Shown: in pieces, positions 1-7,914 of the stretch
How the letters are laid out: every line of letters starts with the position of its first letter
Numbering within the stretch: the first letter of the stretch is position 1
Assembly: GCA_963779945.1 (NCBI GenBank)
Contig: CAWAAB010000001.1
Span: forward strand, 1,548,744-1,612,743
Reading direction: 5' to 3'
DNA from: an uncultured Acidobacteriota bacterium
GTDB taxonomy: Bacteria; Acidobacteriota; Terriglobia; Terriglobales; Acidobacteriaceae
DNA: 64,000 nucleotides
The notes under the pieces: generated by a model
The model's database searches: none
Seen by the model: the letters and a program-made list of their open reading frames with translations, nothing else
What the model was told of the DNA's origin: nothing
Program-made: the position numbers and the translations under genes

Positions 1-30
1 CATGGTGGCGAAGATTCCCGCGAAGGTGAA

Positions 31-60
31 GAGCCACTGATTCTATCGAATCAGTGGCTC
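31..60. terminator. Perfect 13-bp inverted-repeat hairpin GAGCCACTGATTC-TATC-GAATCAGTGGCTC, 3' of the CADD-like gene
   Basis: Read directly. It lies 27 nt past the stop of the minus-strand CDS 87..788. There is no strong U-tract. Confidence 0.4.
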
Positions 61-86
61 CGATCTCGACTCAGTGCCTTTACAGG

Positions 87-788
87 TTATGCTGCGACCT
101 TCGCCATCCGCCTGGCTTCGATCCCATCCAGCGCTTGCCATAAGGCCTTGGCAGCGTTCTCGGCGGCGTCCAGTGCCCTCCCGGTATTTTCCGGATGCGT
201 TTCCAGGCGCTTGGCCAACTGCTTGCGCCATACCTGCGAATGAAGAACGTCGGCAGTGGTGTGCAGAGTGAAATAAGCGGTTGTGCGCTGATCGGCGCCG
301 TACATTTCTTGCAAGCCGCGGGCCTTTTCCCTGGCCACGCGGGGCACCTGCGACTCGTATGCGTAGAAAGCGGCGAGAGCCTCTTCCGGCGTGCCCTCAC
401 TAGCCACGCGATGAAAAAAGGCGATTAGCTGCTTAATTTCCGGCAAAGGTGACGGGCGCAGGTTGCGGCGGGAGCCCATGCCCTCGGCGAAGTCCAGCCA
501 CAGCTCGGAGTGGGACCGGGAGGGCTCGCCGAAGACGTCTTCGCCACCCTTTTCATCGGCCATGTTGGCCAGAATGGCGCGGCGTAGCTCGCCTTCGTCC
601 AGGCGTACGCCCAGTTCAGCCAGATACGTGGGGAAGGCCTCGACGTGATGGTAATAGTCCTGGGCGTATTCCCGCAGATCGTCGCGCGTGAGCTTGCCCG
701 CGGTCCAGGCTTGATAAAAAGGATGGCAAAGCAGGTCGTACCTGGCGATGCGGGTCTCGAGCTGCTGGAAGAATTCAGTGTGGTTCAT
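87..788 (-). CDS. CADD/PqqC/TenA-like haem-oxygenase-fold redox protein
   Basis: 233-aa ORF. The N-terminal HPFYQAW..GKL....L.EYAQDYYHHVEAFP pattern is typical of the CADD/PqqC family. Confidence 0.8.
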   Translation of the reverse strand: MNHTEFFQQLETRIARYDLLCHPFYQAWTAGKLTRDDLREYAQDYYHHVEAFPTYLAELGVRLDEGELRRAILANMADEKGGEDVFGEPSRSHSELWLDFAEGMGSRRNLRPSPLPEIKQLIAFFHRVASEGTPEEALAAFYAYESQVPRVAREKARGLQEMYGADQRTTAYFTLHTTADVLHSQVWRKQLAKRLETHPENTGRALDAAENAAKALWQALDGIEARRMAKVAA

Positions 789-970
789 TGCGGCCTCCGG
801 AAAGAATCAATATACGAGGCGCAAGGCAGTGTGGCAACCGGGGAGTTAGGAATTCTTGTTTTGGGAATTGGTTCGGCTATTTTGTGCGGTATTGCGCGGC
901 GGCGAGCGGGATTAGGCAAATAATGTTGGGGAAAGGCTTGGTCACCGGCTTGCATGGAGGCGAACGGCCT

Positions 971-1000
971 AACCACAGAGAGCACAGCGGAACACAGGGG
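971..1000 (+). repeat. Family A dispersed repeat (AACCAC-AGAG-AGCACAGCGG-AACACAGGGG)
   Basis: Triple CACRRRGG-type unit, intergenic, 16 nt upstream of the IPT/TIG gene start. Confidence 0.7.
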
Positions 1001-1015
1001 AAAAAGAGGTCCGGG

Positions 1016-1915
1016 ATGGCGATGTACCTACGTCTGGGTTGTTGGTGCTTGTTGATGGGTCGGCTATGCCTGGCCGGATCCGGCGAGGCACCCGAGATCC
1101 TGCGGATTTCGCCGACCGGTGGGCCGGAAGGTACGCGGGTGGAGATCGCCGGCAAGAATCTACAGGAGGTGAGCCGCGTAGTATTTGGCGCGACCGGCGC
1201 GGATTTCAAAGTGATCTCTGCGGAGAAGTTGATGGCGATTGTGCCGCATCGGACGGCCAGCTCCAACTTAACTCTGATCACGCCGCAGACGCGGGCAACG
1301 AGTCCGTTTCCCTTTGCCGTGCTCAACGATCCGCGAGTCCCGGACGAAGCCAGCTACAAGGCCGGGTACGTCAATTCGACGCCGGCGCCGGAGGGATTTT
1401 CGTCGGTTTTATTGTGGGGAATTGCCATTGCCGACACGCGAGTTTCAGGGTACGCGTCGGCGACGGTTGAAGTAGCATGGACGCAGCTTTCCTGCCGGGC
1501 GGATGGCCGCGAAATCGTGCTCAACGACGACCGCGGCAGCGTGCGCGGCGGGCTGTACCGCCGCAATCCCTGGTTTGGAACTAATGAGCACGAACCCATA
1601 CCGCTGCTGCATGACAGGGTGAGCGGGGCAGCCGTGCTTCGAGTGGGCCAGCGCCCTGATCGAGTCTGGCATTTCTGGCCCGCCTCGCCGCGGGCGGCGC
1701 TGCCCGAGGGGAGGTTGGAGGGTTGCACGGTAAAGGCGCGAGTGAAGATTTCTCCTGGGGCATTGTTGCAAATGGGCATGGATTACTGGCTCGGCCCAAC
1801 GGTGGGGTACGGCGCGGGCGGCAACAATCACGAAGCCGGAGCCAGTAACTGGTATTTCCCGTCGGAAGGCTGGCAGGAGGCCGAGTTCACGGACATCGGC
1901 GGGGTGAAATTCTAG
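1016..1915 (+). CDS. Secreted IPT/TIG-domain protein
   Basis: Internal ATG at 1016 gives a signal-peptide-like start (MAMYLRLGCWCLLMGRLCLAGSG). An IPT/TIG-like segment follows (ILRISPTGGPEGTRVEIAGKNL...VVFG). Confidence 0.7.
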   Translation: MAMYLRLGCWCLLMGRLCLAGSGEAPEILRISPTGGPEGTRVEIAGKNLQEVSRVVFGATGADFKVISAEKLMAIVPHRTASSNLTLITPQTRATSPFPFAVLNDPRVPDEASYKAGYVNSTPAPEGFSSVLLWGIAIADTRVSGYASATVEVAWTQLSCRADGREIVLNDDRGSVRGGLYRRNPWFGTNEHEPIPLLHDRVSGAAVLRVGQRPDRVWHFWPASPRAALPEGRLEGCTVKARVKISPGALLQMGMDYWLGPTVGYGAGGNNHEAGASNWYFPSEGWQEAEFTDIGGVKF

Positions 1916-1920
1916 TTTCG

Positions 1921-1948
1921 CCGCGGATTTGCGCGGATCAACGCGGAT
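1921..1948 (+). repeat. Family B dispersed repeat (CCGCGGATTT-GCGCGGATCAA-CGCGGAT)
   Basis: Triple CGCGGAT unit, intergenic between two convergent genes. Confidence 0.7.
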
Positions 1949-1977
1949 ATCTGTGACCTGAGCGTGGTCTGTGGAGG

Positions 1978-2301
1978 CTACTTCTTTTCGGCCTTCTTGG
2001 GTGATTCTGCCTTGGGCTTTTCGTCTTTCTTGGATTCCGACTTCGATTCGGACTTCGATTCAGATTTCGAGTCCGACTCGGATTTCGACTTCGAGCCGCT
2101 GGATGCAGCATCTCCGGACGATTTCTTCGGATAGTCGGTCACATACCATCCTGATCCTTTGAATTGCACGGCGGGGGCGGAGATCATCTGTTCGATCGGG
2201 CCGCCGCATTCCGGGCACTTCTTGACATGGCGATCAGAAAACTTTTGGATACGCTCGAAGCGGTGATGGCACTTCTTGCACTCGTATTCGTAAAGTGGCA
2301 T
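1978..2301 (-). CDS. FmdB-family zinc-ribbon protein with a low-complexity SKSE C-terminal tail
   Basis: MPLYEYECKKCHHRFE...KCPECGG is the CxxC...CxxC FmdB signature. The tail is SKSKSESDSKSESKSESKSESKK. Confidence 0.85.
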   Translation of the reverse strand: MPLYEYECKKCHHRFERIQKFSDRHVKKCPECGGPIEQMISAPAVQFKGSGWYVTDYPKKSSGDAASSGSKSKSESDSKSESKSESKSESKKDEKPKAESPKKAEKK

Positions 2302-2312
2302 GGATCCTTAGG

Positions 2313-2651
2313 TTACCATTTTTTGAAAATCACGAAGACCGCAGCCACCATCATGACGAAGCCGACGGCATAATTCCAGCGCAACGGTTCCTTCAGGTAC
2401 AGAATGGAAAAGACCGAAAAGACGGTCAGGGTGATCACTTCCTGAATGGTCTTGAGCTGCGCGGTGGTGAATTCATAGGAGCCAATGCGGTTGGCCGGGA
2501 CTTGAAAACAGTATTCCGCGAAGGCAATGACCCAGCTAATCAGAATCACCTTGAATAACGGCGCCTGCCGGTATTTCAGATGGCCGTACCAGGCAAAGGT
2601 CATGAAGATGTTGGAGATGGTGAGCAGGATGATGGTGGTCATGGAGTCCAT
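2313..2651 (-). CDS. Small DMT-superfamily membrane protein (DUF486-like)
   Basis: 112 aa and hydrophobic throughout. FAWYGHLK...F.QVPANRIG is typical of DUF486/DMT small proteins. Confidence 0.75.
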   Translation of the reverse strand: MDSMTTIILLTISNIFMTFAWYGHLKYRQAPLFKVILISWVIAFAEYCFQVPANRIGSYEFTTAQLKTIQEVITLTVFSVFSILYLKEPLRWNYAVGFVMMVAAVFVIFKKW

Positions 2652-2674
2652 TTTCTACCAATTCGGTAATTCTT

Positions 2675-2704
2675 AACCACAGGGGGCAGAGAGGGACACA
2701 GAGG
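2675..2704 (+). repeat. Family A dispersed repeat (AACCACAGGGGGCAGAGAGGGACACAGAGG)
   Basis: Intergenic, just upstream of rsmI. Confidence 0.7.
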
Positions 2705-2717
2705 AAGGCAACTGCTT

Positions 2718-3641
2718 ATGCAATCGGATGGTAGACTCGGCTTCATGGCAGCAGAGGAAACTCACGCGGGTGCCCAGCCTCTGGCTCCGGGGCTTTACCT
2801 GGTGGCGACGCCGATTGGGAATCTGGAGGACATCACGCTGCGGGCGGTGCGGGTGCTGAAGGAAGCTGACGTAATTGCCTGCGAGGATACCCGCCAGACG
2901 CAGAAGCTGCTGAATCACTACAGCATCAGCACGCGGACCACGAGCTATCACGAACACAACGAAATGACGCGGGCGCCGGAATTGGTGCTTGAGCTGGAGC
3001 AAGGCGCGCGCATCGCTTTAGTGACGGATGCGGGCATGCCGGGGATTTCTGATCCGGGATTCCGGCTGATTGGGTTGGCGATCCGCCATCACGTGCCGGT
3101 GGTGCCGATCCCCGGCGCGTCGGCATTTCTGGCGGCGCTGGTGGCCAGTGGGTTGCCGACGGACGCTTTTCGATTTAGCGGATTCTTGCCGGCGAAGCAG
3201 GGACAGCGGCGGGCGTTGCTGGAGAGTGTTCGCGAGTCGCCTCGAACGCAGGTGTTTTATGAAGCTCCACATCGGGTAAAAGAGGCGCTGGAAGACATGG
3301 TTGAAGTGCTCGGAGCGTCCCGGCATGTGGTGGTAGCGCGCGAAGTGACCAAGCTGCATGAGGAATTCTTGCGCGGCCATGCGGGCGATGTGCTGGAGAC
3401 ACTCAAGTCGCGCGGCGAGGTGAAGGGCGAGATCACGTTGATTATCGGGAAGGCGGAAGAAGGCGAAGCTCGTGTGGGGACGGGCCCCCTCGCCCGTCCT
3501 GCGATTCGCGAGCGGCTTCAGCAGATCATGGCCGAAGAAAAGCTGGACGAAAAGGCCGCGCTCAAGAAGATTGCCAAGGAGATGGGAGTGTCGAAGAGCG
3601 AGGCGTACCGGGAGTTGCAGCGGAGCAAGGAGCATGGCTGA
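2718..3641 (+). CDS. rsmI: 16S rRNA (cytidine1402-2'-O)-methyltransferase
   Basis: LYLVATPIGNLEDITLRAVRVLKEADVIACEDTRQTQKLL is the RsmI tetrapyrrole-methylase-fold motif. AGGAAGG lies 9 nt upstream of the ATG. Confidence 0.9.
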   Translation: MQSDGRLGFMAAEETHAGAQPLAPGLYLVATPIGNLEDITLRAVRVLKEADVIACEDTRQTQKLLNHYSISTRTTSYHEHNEMTRAPELVLELEQGARIALVTDAGMPGISDPGFRLIGLAIRHHVPVVPIPGASAFLAALVASGLPTDAFRFSGFLPAKQGQRRALLESVRESPRTQVFYEAPHRVKEALEDMVEVLGASRHVVVAREVTKLHEEFLRGHAGDVLETLKSRGEVKGEITLIIGKAEEGEARVGTGPLARPAIRERLQQIMAEEKLDEKAALKKIAKEMGVSKSEAYRELQRSKEHG

Positions 3642-3695
3642 AGGCTGCTAAGTGATTGAGGATGAGAGGCACTTTTGGCCAAGCATCGAGGCACG

Positions 3696-3722
3696 TTGAA
3701 TGGCATCATATGATGCTATAAT
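3696..3722 (+). promoter_or_regulatory. Putative vapBC promoter with an embedded 14-bp palindromic operator
   Basis: TTGAAT (3696-3701), perfect palindrome GCATCATATGATGC (3703-3716), TATAAT (3717-3722). The spacer is only 15 nt. Confidence 0.4.
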
Positions 3723-3739
3723 TGGTGCCGAGAATTCCC

Positions 3740-3937
3740 ATGAGAACAACCCTTGCGCTGGATGACGACCTCTTACGGATCGCCCAGGAGTTCACCGGGG
3801 TGGCGGAGAAGACGGCCTTGATTCGCGAGGCCCTCAAAGCGTTGATTGAGCGTGAAAGCGCCCGCAGATTGGCATCCCTCGGAGGGACGATGCCCGCATT
3901 GAAGAATGTTCCGCGCCGCAGGGTGCGGCCGGGTTGA
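3740..3937 (+). CDS. vapB: Type II antitoxin, VapB-like (DUF2191 type)
   Basis: MRTTLALDDDLL..A......KTALIREALKALIERE pattern. Its stop overlaps the PIN gene start (ATGA-type overlap at 3934-3937). Confidence 0.75.
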   Translation: MRTTLALDDDLLRIAQEFTGVAEKTALIREALKALIERESARRLASLGGTMPALKNVPRRRVRPG

Positions 3938-4302
3938 TTCTCGCTGATACCTCGGTGTGGATTGACCATCTCCGGTCGGGAAATACGGAAATGCGTAAGC
4001 ACCTTGACCGAGGAAGCATTGTGGTCCATCCCTTCATCATTGCGGAGCTTGCGCTCGGGTCATTGCGGGGACGAACCCAGACGCTTGCACTCCTGGACTT
4101 GATGCCACAAGTGAGAGTGGCGCGACTGAGCGAAGTGCGACTCACCATCGAGGCGCGCCGTCTGTACAGCCTGGGTATCGGCCTGACCGACGCCCACTTA
4201 ATCGCATCCGTCTATATCAATCCCGCTACACTTCTATGGACAAGGGATAAGCGGCTTCGCAAGGCCGCCGAAGCTCTCGGCATTGCCGCCAGTTTGGTTT
4301 AA
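3934..4302 (+). CDS. vapC: Type II toxin, PIN-domain ribonuclease VapC
   Basis: MILADTSVWIDHLR is a PIN N-terminus. 122 aa, coupled to the upstream antitoxin. Confidence 0.85.
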   Translation: MILADTSVWIDHLRSGNTEMRKHLDRGSIVVHPFIIAELALGSLRGRTQTLALLDLMPQVRVARLSEVRLTIEARRLYSLGIGLTDAHLIASVYINPATLLWTRDKRLRKAAEALGIAASLV

Positions 4303-4382
4303 GCAACGGTTGCGCGTCCATCCGCTTACGTCAACGGGCGGCGAGAAGTACGGCAGACTGGCAAGTTGCAGAGGAGCAGTGA

Positions 4383-4428
4383 TTGACAGGTGGTCGACTG
4401 GGTTTATAATACTGATTAACGTTAATCA
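4383..4428 (+). promoter_or_regulatory. Near-consensus sigma70-type promoter plus a 16-bp palindromic operator for phd/relE
   Basis: TTGACA (4383-4388), 16-nt spacer, TATAAT (4405-4410). A perfect palindrome TGATTAACGTTAATCA (4413-4428) lies 5 nt before the ATG. Confidence 0.55.
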
Positions 4429-4433
4429 ATATC

Positions 4434-4721
4434 ATGAAAAGCATAGTCCATCGCATTCCGCTGACCAGGGCCCGCATCAACCTCGGCCAAGTTGTCCGCC
4501 GCGCGCATGTTAACCGGGAGTTTTTCATCCTCGAAAAAGACGGTATTCCTGTCGTTGGTCTCATGCACGTAGACGATTTAGAAGATTATTTGGAGCTTCG
4601 CGATCCCGCGCTCAAAAAGCAGATCACGAAGAGTAACGCCCAATATCAGCGAGGTGAAGCGCGCGAAGCCTCGCGGTTCCTGGCCGAGCTTCGGCCGAGG
4701 GTCGGCAAAGCAAGAAAATAG
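4434..4721 (+). CDS. Type II antitoxin, Phd/YefM family
   Basis: 95 aa. The ARINLGQVVRRA.....FILEKDGIPVVGLM pattern is typical of Phd/YefM. It sits directly upstream of a RelE/ParE toxin. Confidence 0.8.
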   Translation: MKSIVHRIPLTRARINLGQVVRRAHVNREFFILEKDGIPVVGLMHVDDLEDYLELRDPALKKQITKSNAQYQRGEAREASRFLAELRPRVGKARK

Positions 4722-6087
4722 CTTCCGTATGTCTTTCCGATTCCGCGTCATGACAACTCCGTCGTTCGAGCGGGATTTCCGGAAGACTTCGAAAGGCAAT
4801 CAGGCCTTGGCGGACGCACTGGAGGATCTGATTGCCGTCCTCGCCGAGGACCCGCATAACCGAAGCGGTGAGCATCCGATCAAGAAACTGGCCGGGGTGA
4901 GGACCGGTGAAGGACAGTGGCGAATTCGCTGGCGCGATTACCGTTTGCGGTATGACATCTTTGGAGCGGAAGTCGTAATGCACTCTTTCCGGCATCGGAA
5001 GGAAGCGTACTAAGGTGACCGGTGAAGCGGGCCACGGGCTACTTTGGCAGGGGAATCCCTTCATGCAGACCACGGTGCGGTCAGCTTCCTCAGGCGTGGC
5101 GTGAGTAAGGCCGAGGTTGGCGGTGCAGAGAACATCTCCCTTCATAACCAGGCTGGTGTTGTTGTCGAGCGGGGCGTTCTGCTTAGTCGCAATCAGGATG
5201 CGCTGGGAACCGTCTGGCGAAAGCATCCAGATCTGATTTAGTAAAAGCTCGGATACGTAGATGTTGCCTCTGCTGTCGAGTTCGATTCCATCGAATGCTG
5301 AAAACCCGTAGGGCAGTGCCACGGGTTCCCCTGCCGTTCCGTCGTCCTTGATCGGAATCCTTAGTATCAGCGGGTCGCCGTCAGTGACGGCATAGATGTT
5401 TTTCTGCCGTTTATCGAGCACGAGGTCATTCACGCCCAGAGGGAATCCCGAATAAGGCTTGGCGGACCAATTAAGCAAGGCGTGTGCCGACCACAGGTCC
5501 ACTTTCTTGCCATCGGGAGAGATTTTCCAGATTCCGGAGTAGGTAAGGTCGGTAAGGTACACGTTGCCACTGGAGTCGATGGCAACATCGTCGGGATAGC
5601 AAAATGGCCAACCGTCGGCTTTGGTCGCGAGGGGCGTCACCTGGCGTGTTTTAGCGTCGATCTTATAAACGCCGGATTGGGTGACTGTCGCATCGCGGCA
5701 AGCGGGATGGAACGGATTTCCCAGGTCCTTTCGAAAGTCACGCTTCGAATGGCCCGTGTAGGCGACGTAGATGTTGCCGGACTGGTCGAGATCGAGTCCG
5801 ATCAGGTCGCCCTTTCCGCTTTCCTCTTTCGACGGCACCCAGGCGACGTGATCGTAGCTGCCGTCATCCTTGAGCATGACGACTTCGCCAATATGCATCA
5901 GGGTCGCGTAAAGGTTGCCTTGCGAATCGACTCCCAGACCCTCAGGCGTGTCGGGGAGTTTGGCCATGACCCAGGCCTTGAACTGGGCGGCTGCGCGCGG
6001 AGGAGCGGAAACGAAGAACAACGCACAGGCGATCAGACAGAACAGCGCCCTCAGATGATGTTGCGTGCGCAGTCGCGATTGGATCAA
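4624..6087 (-). CDS. Secreted SMP-30/gluconolactonase/NHL-like six-bladed beta-propeller; the 3' approx 430 nt is probably antisense read-through
   Basis: Signal peptide (LFCLIACALFFVSAPPRAAAQ) and repeated D..GN.Y(V/A) blades. The propeller-like sequence ends near 5050. The rest is antisense to relE/phd. Confidence 0.65.
   Translation of the reverse strand: MIQSRLRTQHHLRALFCLIACALFFVSAPPRAAAQFKAWVMAKLPDTPEGLGVDSQGNLYATLMHIGEVVMLKDDGSYDHVAWVPSKEESGKGDLIGLDLDQSGNIYVAYTGHSKRDFRKDLGNPFHPACRDATVTQSGVYKIDAKTRQVTPLATKADGWPFCYPDDVAIDSSGNVYLTDLTYSGIWKISPDGKKVDLWSAHALLNWSAKPYSGFPLGVNDLVLDKRQKNIYAVTDGDPLILRIPIKDDGTAGEPVALPYGFSAFDGIELDSRGNIYVSELLLNQIWMLSPDGSQRILIATKQNAPLDNNTSLVMKGDVLCTANLGLTHATPEEADRTVVCMKGFPCQSSPWPASPVTLVRFLPMPERVHYDFRSKDVIPQTVIAPANSPLSFTGPHPGQFLDRMLTASVMRVLGEDGNQILQCVRQGLIAFRSLPEIPLERRSCHDAESERHTEAIFLLCRPSAEARPGTARLRALHLADIGRYSS
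4729..5013 (+). CDS. Type II toxin, RelE/ParE family
   Basis: Internal ATG at 4729. ...GEGQWRIRWRDYRLRYDIFGAEVVMHSFRHRKEAY is the RelE/ParE C-terminal signature. Confidence 0.8.
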   Translation: MSFRFRVMTTPSFERDFRKTSKGNQALADALEDLIAVLAEDPHNRSGEHPIKKLAGVRTGEGQWRIRWRDYRLRYDIFGAEVVMHSFRHRKEAY

Positions 6088-6099
6088 GTTGCTCCCTCT

Positions 6100-6558
6100 T
6101 TATTTCGGAGTTAATTCTCGTTTGACGGCCTCGCTGACCACTTTGCCATCCACGCGAATGCCTTCAGCGGTGAAGCGCGCCATCACGCTTTTCATGACAG
6201 TCCCCATTTCTTTTATGGTGGGCGCGTCCATTTCTGCGATTACGGCCTTCACTCCGGCGGCAATATGTTCCTCGCTGGCGGCCTTGGGCAAGTAGGCCTC
6301 GATGAGGATGACTTCGGCGGCTTCTTTGTCGGCCATCTCTTTGCGTCCGCCTTTAAGGAATTGCTCGACCGACTCTTTGCGCTGTTTGATCAGGGTTGTC
6401 AGCACTTGCTGGGACTCTTTGTCGTCGAGCGGGGCCATCTTCTCGATTTCGCGGTTCTTGAGCGCGGTCTTCACCATGCGCAGGGTGGAGAGGCGCTGCT
6501 CCTCGCGGGCCTTCATGGCGGTGACGATGTCTTTCTGGATCTGATCGATCAGGGGCAT
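6100..6558 (-). CDS. GatB/YqeY domain protein
   Basis: MPLIDQIQKDIVTAMKAREEQRLSTLRMVKTALKNREIE is a typical YqeY start. ATG at 6558. Confidence 0.85.
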   Translation of the reverse strand: MPLIDQIQKDIVTAMKAREEQRLSTLRMVKTALKNREIEKMAPLDDKESQQVLTTLIKQRKESVEQFLKGGRKEMADKEAAEVILIEAYLPKAASEEHIAAGVKAVIAEMDAPTIKEMGTVMKSVMARFTAEGIRVDGKVVSEAVKRELTPK

Positions 6559-6690
6559 GGTGGAATTATAGCGGGAAGCCGACTCAGCAGGCTCCGTCAC
6601 CACAGTGACCGTAGAGACGTGCGTCACATCACAGATTGCACTATGGTTCGTGGGGTAAACTACCTCGTACCGTTCGCCAGGACTTATCCC

Positions 6691-7869
6691 ATGTTGCGCA
6701 AGAACCGCCTGTTCACGCCGGGGCCGACGCCTATTCTTCCTGCGGCCCAGACCGCCATGGCTGCGTTTGCCATGCACCATCGCACCACCGATTTTCGGGC
6801 GTTGTATTCGCGGGTGCTGGCTGACATGAAAGATTTCATCGGCACGAGAAATGATGTCCTGGTGCTGGCGTCATCGGGGACGGGAGTGATGGAAGGTTCA
6901 GTCTCGAACCTGACGTCGCCCGGCGATAAAGTTCTGGTGCTCAGCGCGGGCAAGTTTGGCGAGCGCTGGCGTGATCTGGCGAAGGCTTTCGGATGCGTCG
7001 TGGAAGTGGTAAGCGCTCCGTATGGGCAGACATTCACGCTCGAAGAAATTCGCGGGAAGCTCACAGCAGAAGTTCGCGCCGTGTACATGCAGGCGACCGA
7101 GAGTTCGACCGGAGCGCGGCACGACGTGGAAGCGGTTGCCCGGTTAGTGCGCGAGAGCGGCCATGACACCTTGCTGGTGGTGGACGCCATCACCGGCCTG
7201 GGCACGACGGGTTTCGATGTGGATGGCTGGGGAATGGACGTGATCATTGGAGGTTCGCAGAAGGCGCTGATGATCCCGCCGGGCCTGGCGTATTGCGCCA
7301 TTAGTGAGCGCGCCTGGAAGCGCATGGAGACAGCGAAATCCCCGCGCTACTACTTTGATTTCCGCAGGGAAAGGAAGGCTGCCGCTAAAGGAGAATCCGC
7401 GTTCACGCCGGCGACTTCGCTGTTCGCGGCGTTAGGGGCGGCCTTGGATTTCATAAGGCAAATGGGAAATGGGGACTTGACTGCAGGGCGCAATGCGCTG
7501 ATCGAGAACGCGGAACTGGCGGCCGAGATGACCCGGGCTGGGGCAAAGGCGCTGGGACTTGAACTGTTTGCTCCGACGTGTCCGGCGGCCGCGCTCACGG
7601 CGATTCAATCGCCAGACGGCGTGGACTCAGGCGCGATGGTAAAGCAATTTCGCGAGGATTTCGGCGCGGTCGTGGCCAACGGGCAAGGGGAGATGAAGGG
7701 CAAAGTGTTCCGCATCGCGCATCTCGGCTATTACGACTACCTGGATACGATTGGGATTTTGGCCGCACTGGAACATGTGATGGCGGGCGTAAATGCACCA
7801 ATTGCGTTTGGCGCGGCAGTAAGGGCGGCGCAAGAAGTGTATGCGCAGGCTGCCGGTGCCCGCGGCTGA
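6691..7869 (+). CDS. Class V aminotransferase (serine-pyruvate/alanine-glyoxylate or SerC-like), upstream of serA
   Basis: LFTPGPTP....V..AM......HR...F start and GGSQKALM lysine motif. Adjacent to serA. Confidence 0.85.
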   Translation: MLRKNRLFTPGPTPILPAAQTAMAAFAMHHRTTDFRALYSRVLADMKDFIGTRNDVLVLASSGTGVMEGSVSNLTSPGDKVLVLSAGKFGERWRDLAKAFGCVVEVVSAPYGQTFTLEEIRGKLTAEVRAVYMQATESSTGARHDVEAVARLVRESGHDTLLVVDAITGLGTTGFDVDGWGMDVIIGGSQKALMIPPGLAYCAISERAWKRMETAKSPRYYFDFRRERKAAAKGESAFTPATSLFAALGAALDFIRQMGNGDLTAGRNALIENAELAAEMTRAGAKALGLELFAPTCPAAALTAIQSPDGVDSGAMVKQFREDFGAVVANGQGEMKGKVFRIAHLGYYDYLDTIGILAALEHVMAGVNAPIAFGAAVRAAQEVYAQAAGARG

Positions 7870-7882
7870 CTTCCAAAACCAG

Positions 7883-7910
7883 CCACGGATTTACACGGAT
7901 CAACACGGAT
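7883..7910 (+). repeat. Family B dispersed repeat (CCACGGATTT-ACACGGATCAA-CACGGAT)
   Basis: Fills most of the 45-nt spacer between the aminotransferase stop and the serA ATG (7915). Confidence 0.7.
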
Positions 7911-7914
7911 AACC

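Noticed and set aside
6265-6690. The N-terminal 142-aa extension of the aminotransferase ORF (and similar extensions at 788, 6780, 15376, 16878 and 33616).
   Set aside because: The extensions are antisense to, or overlap, neighbouring genes and lack family similarity. Internal starts reproduce the canonical N-termini of the families.
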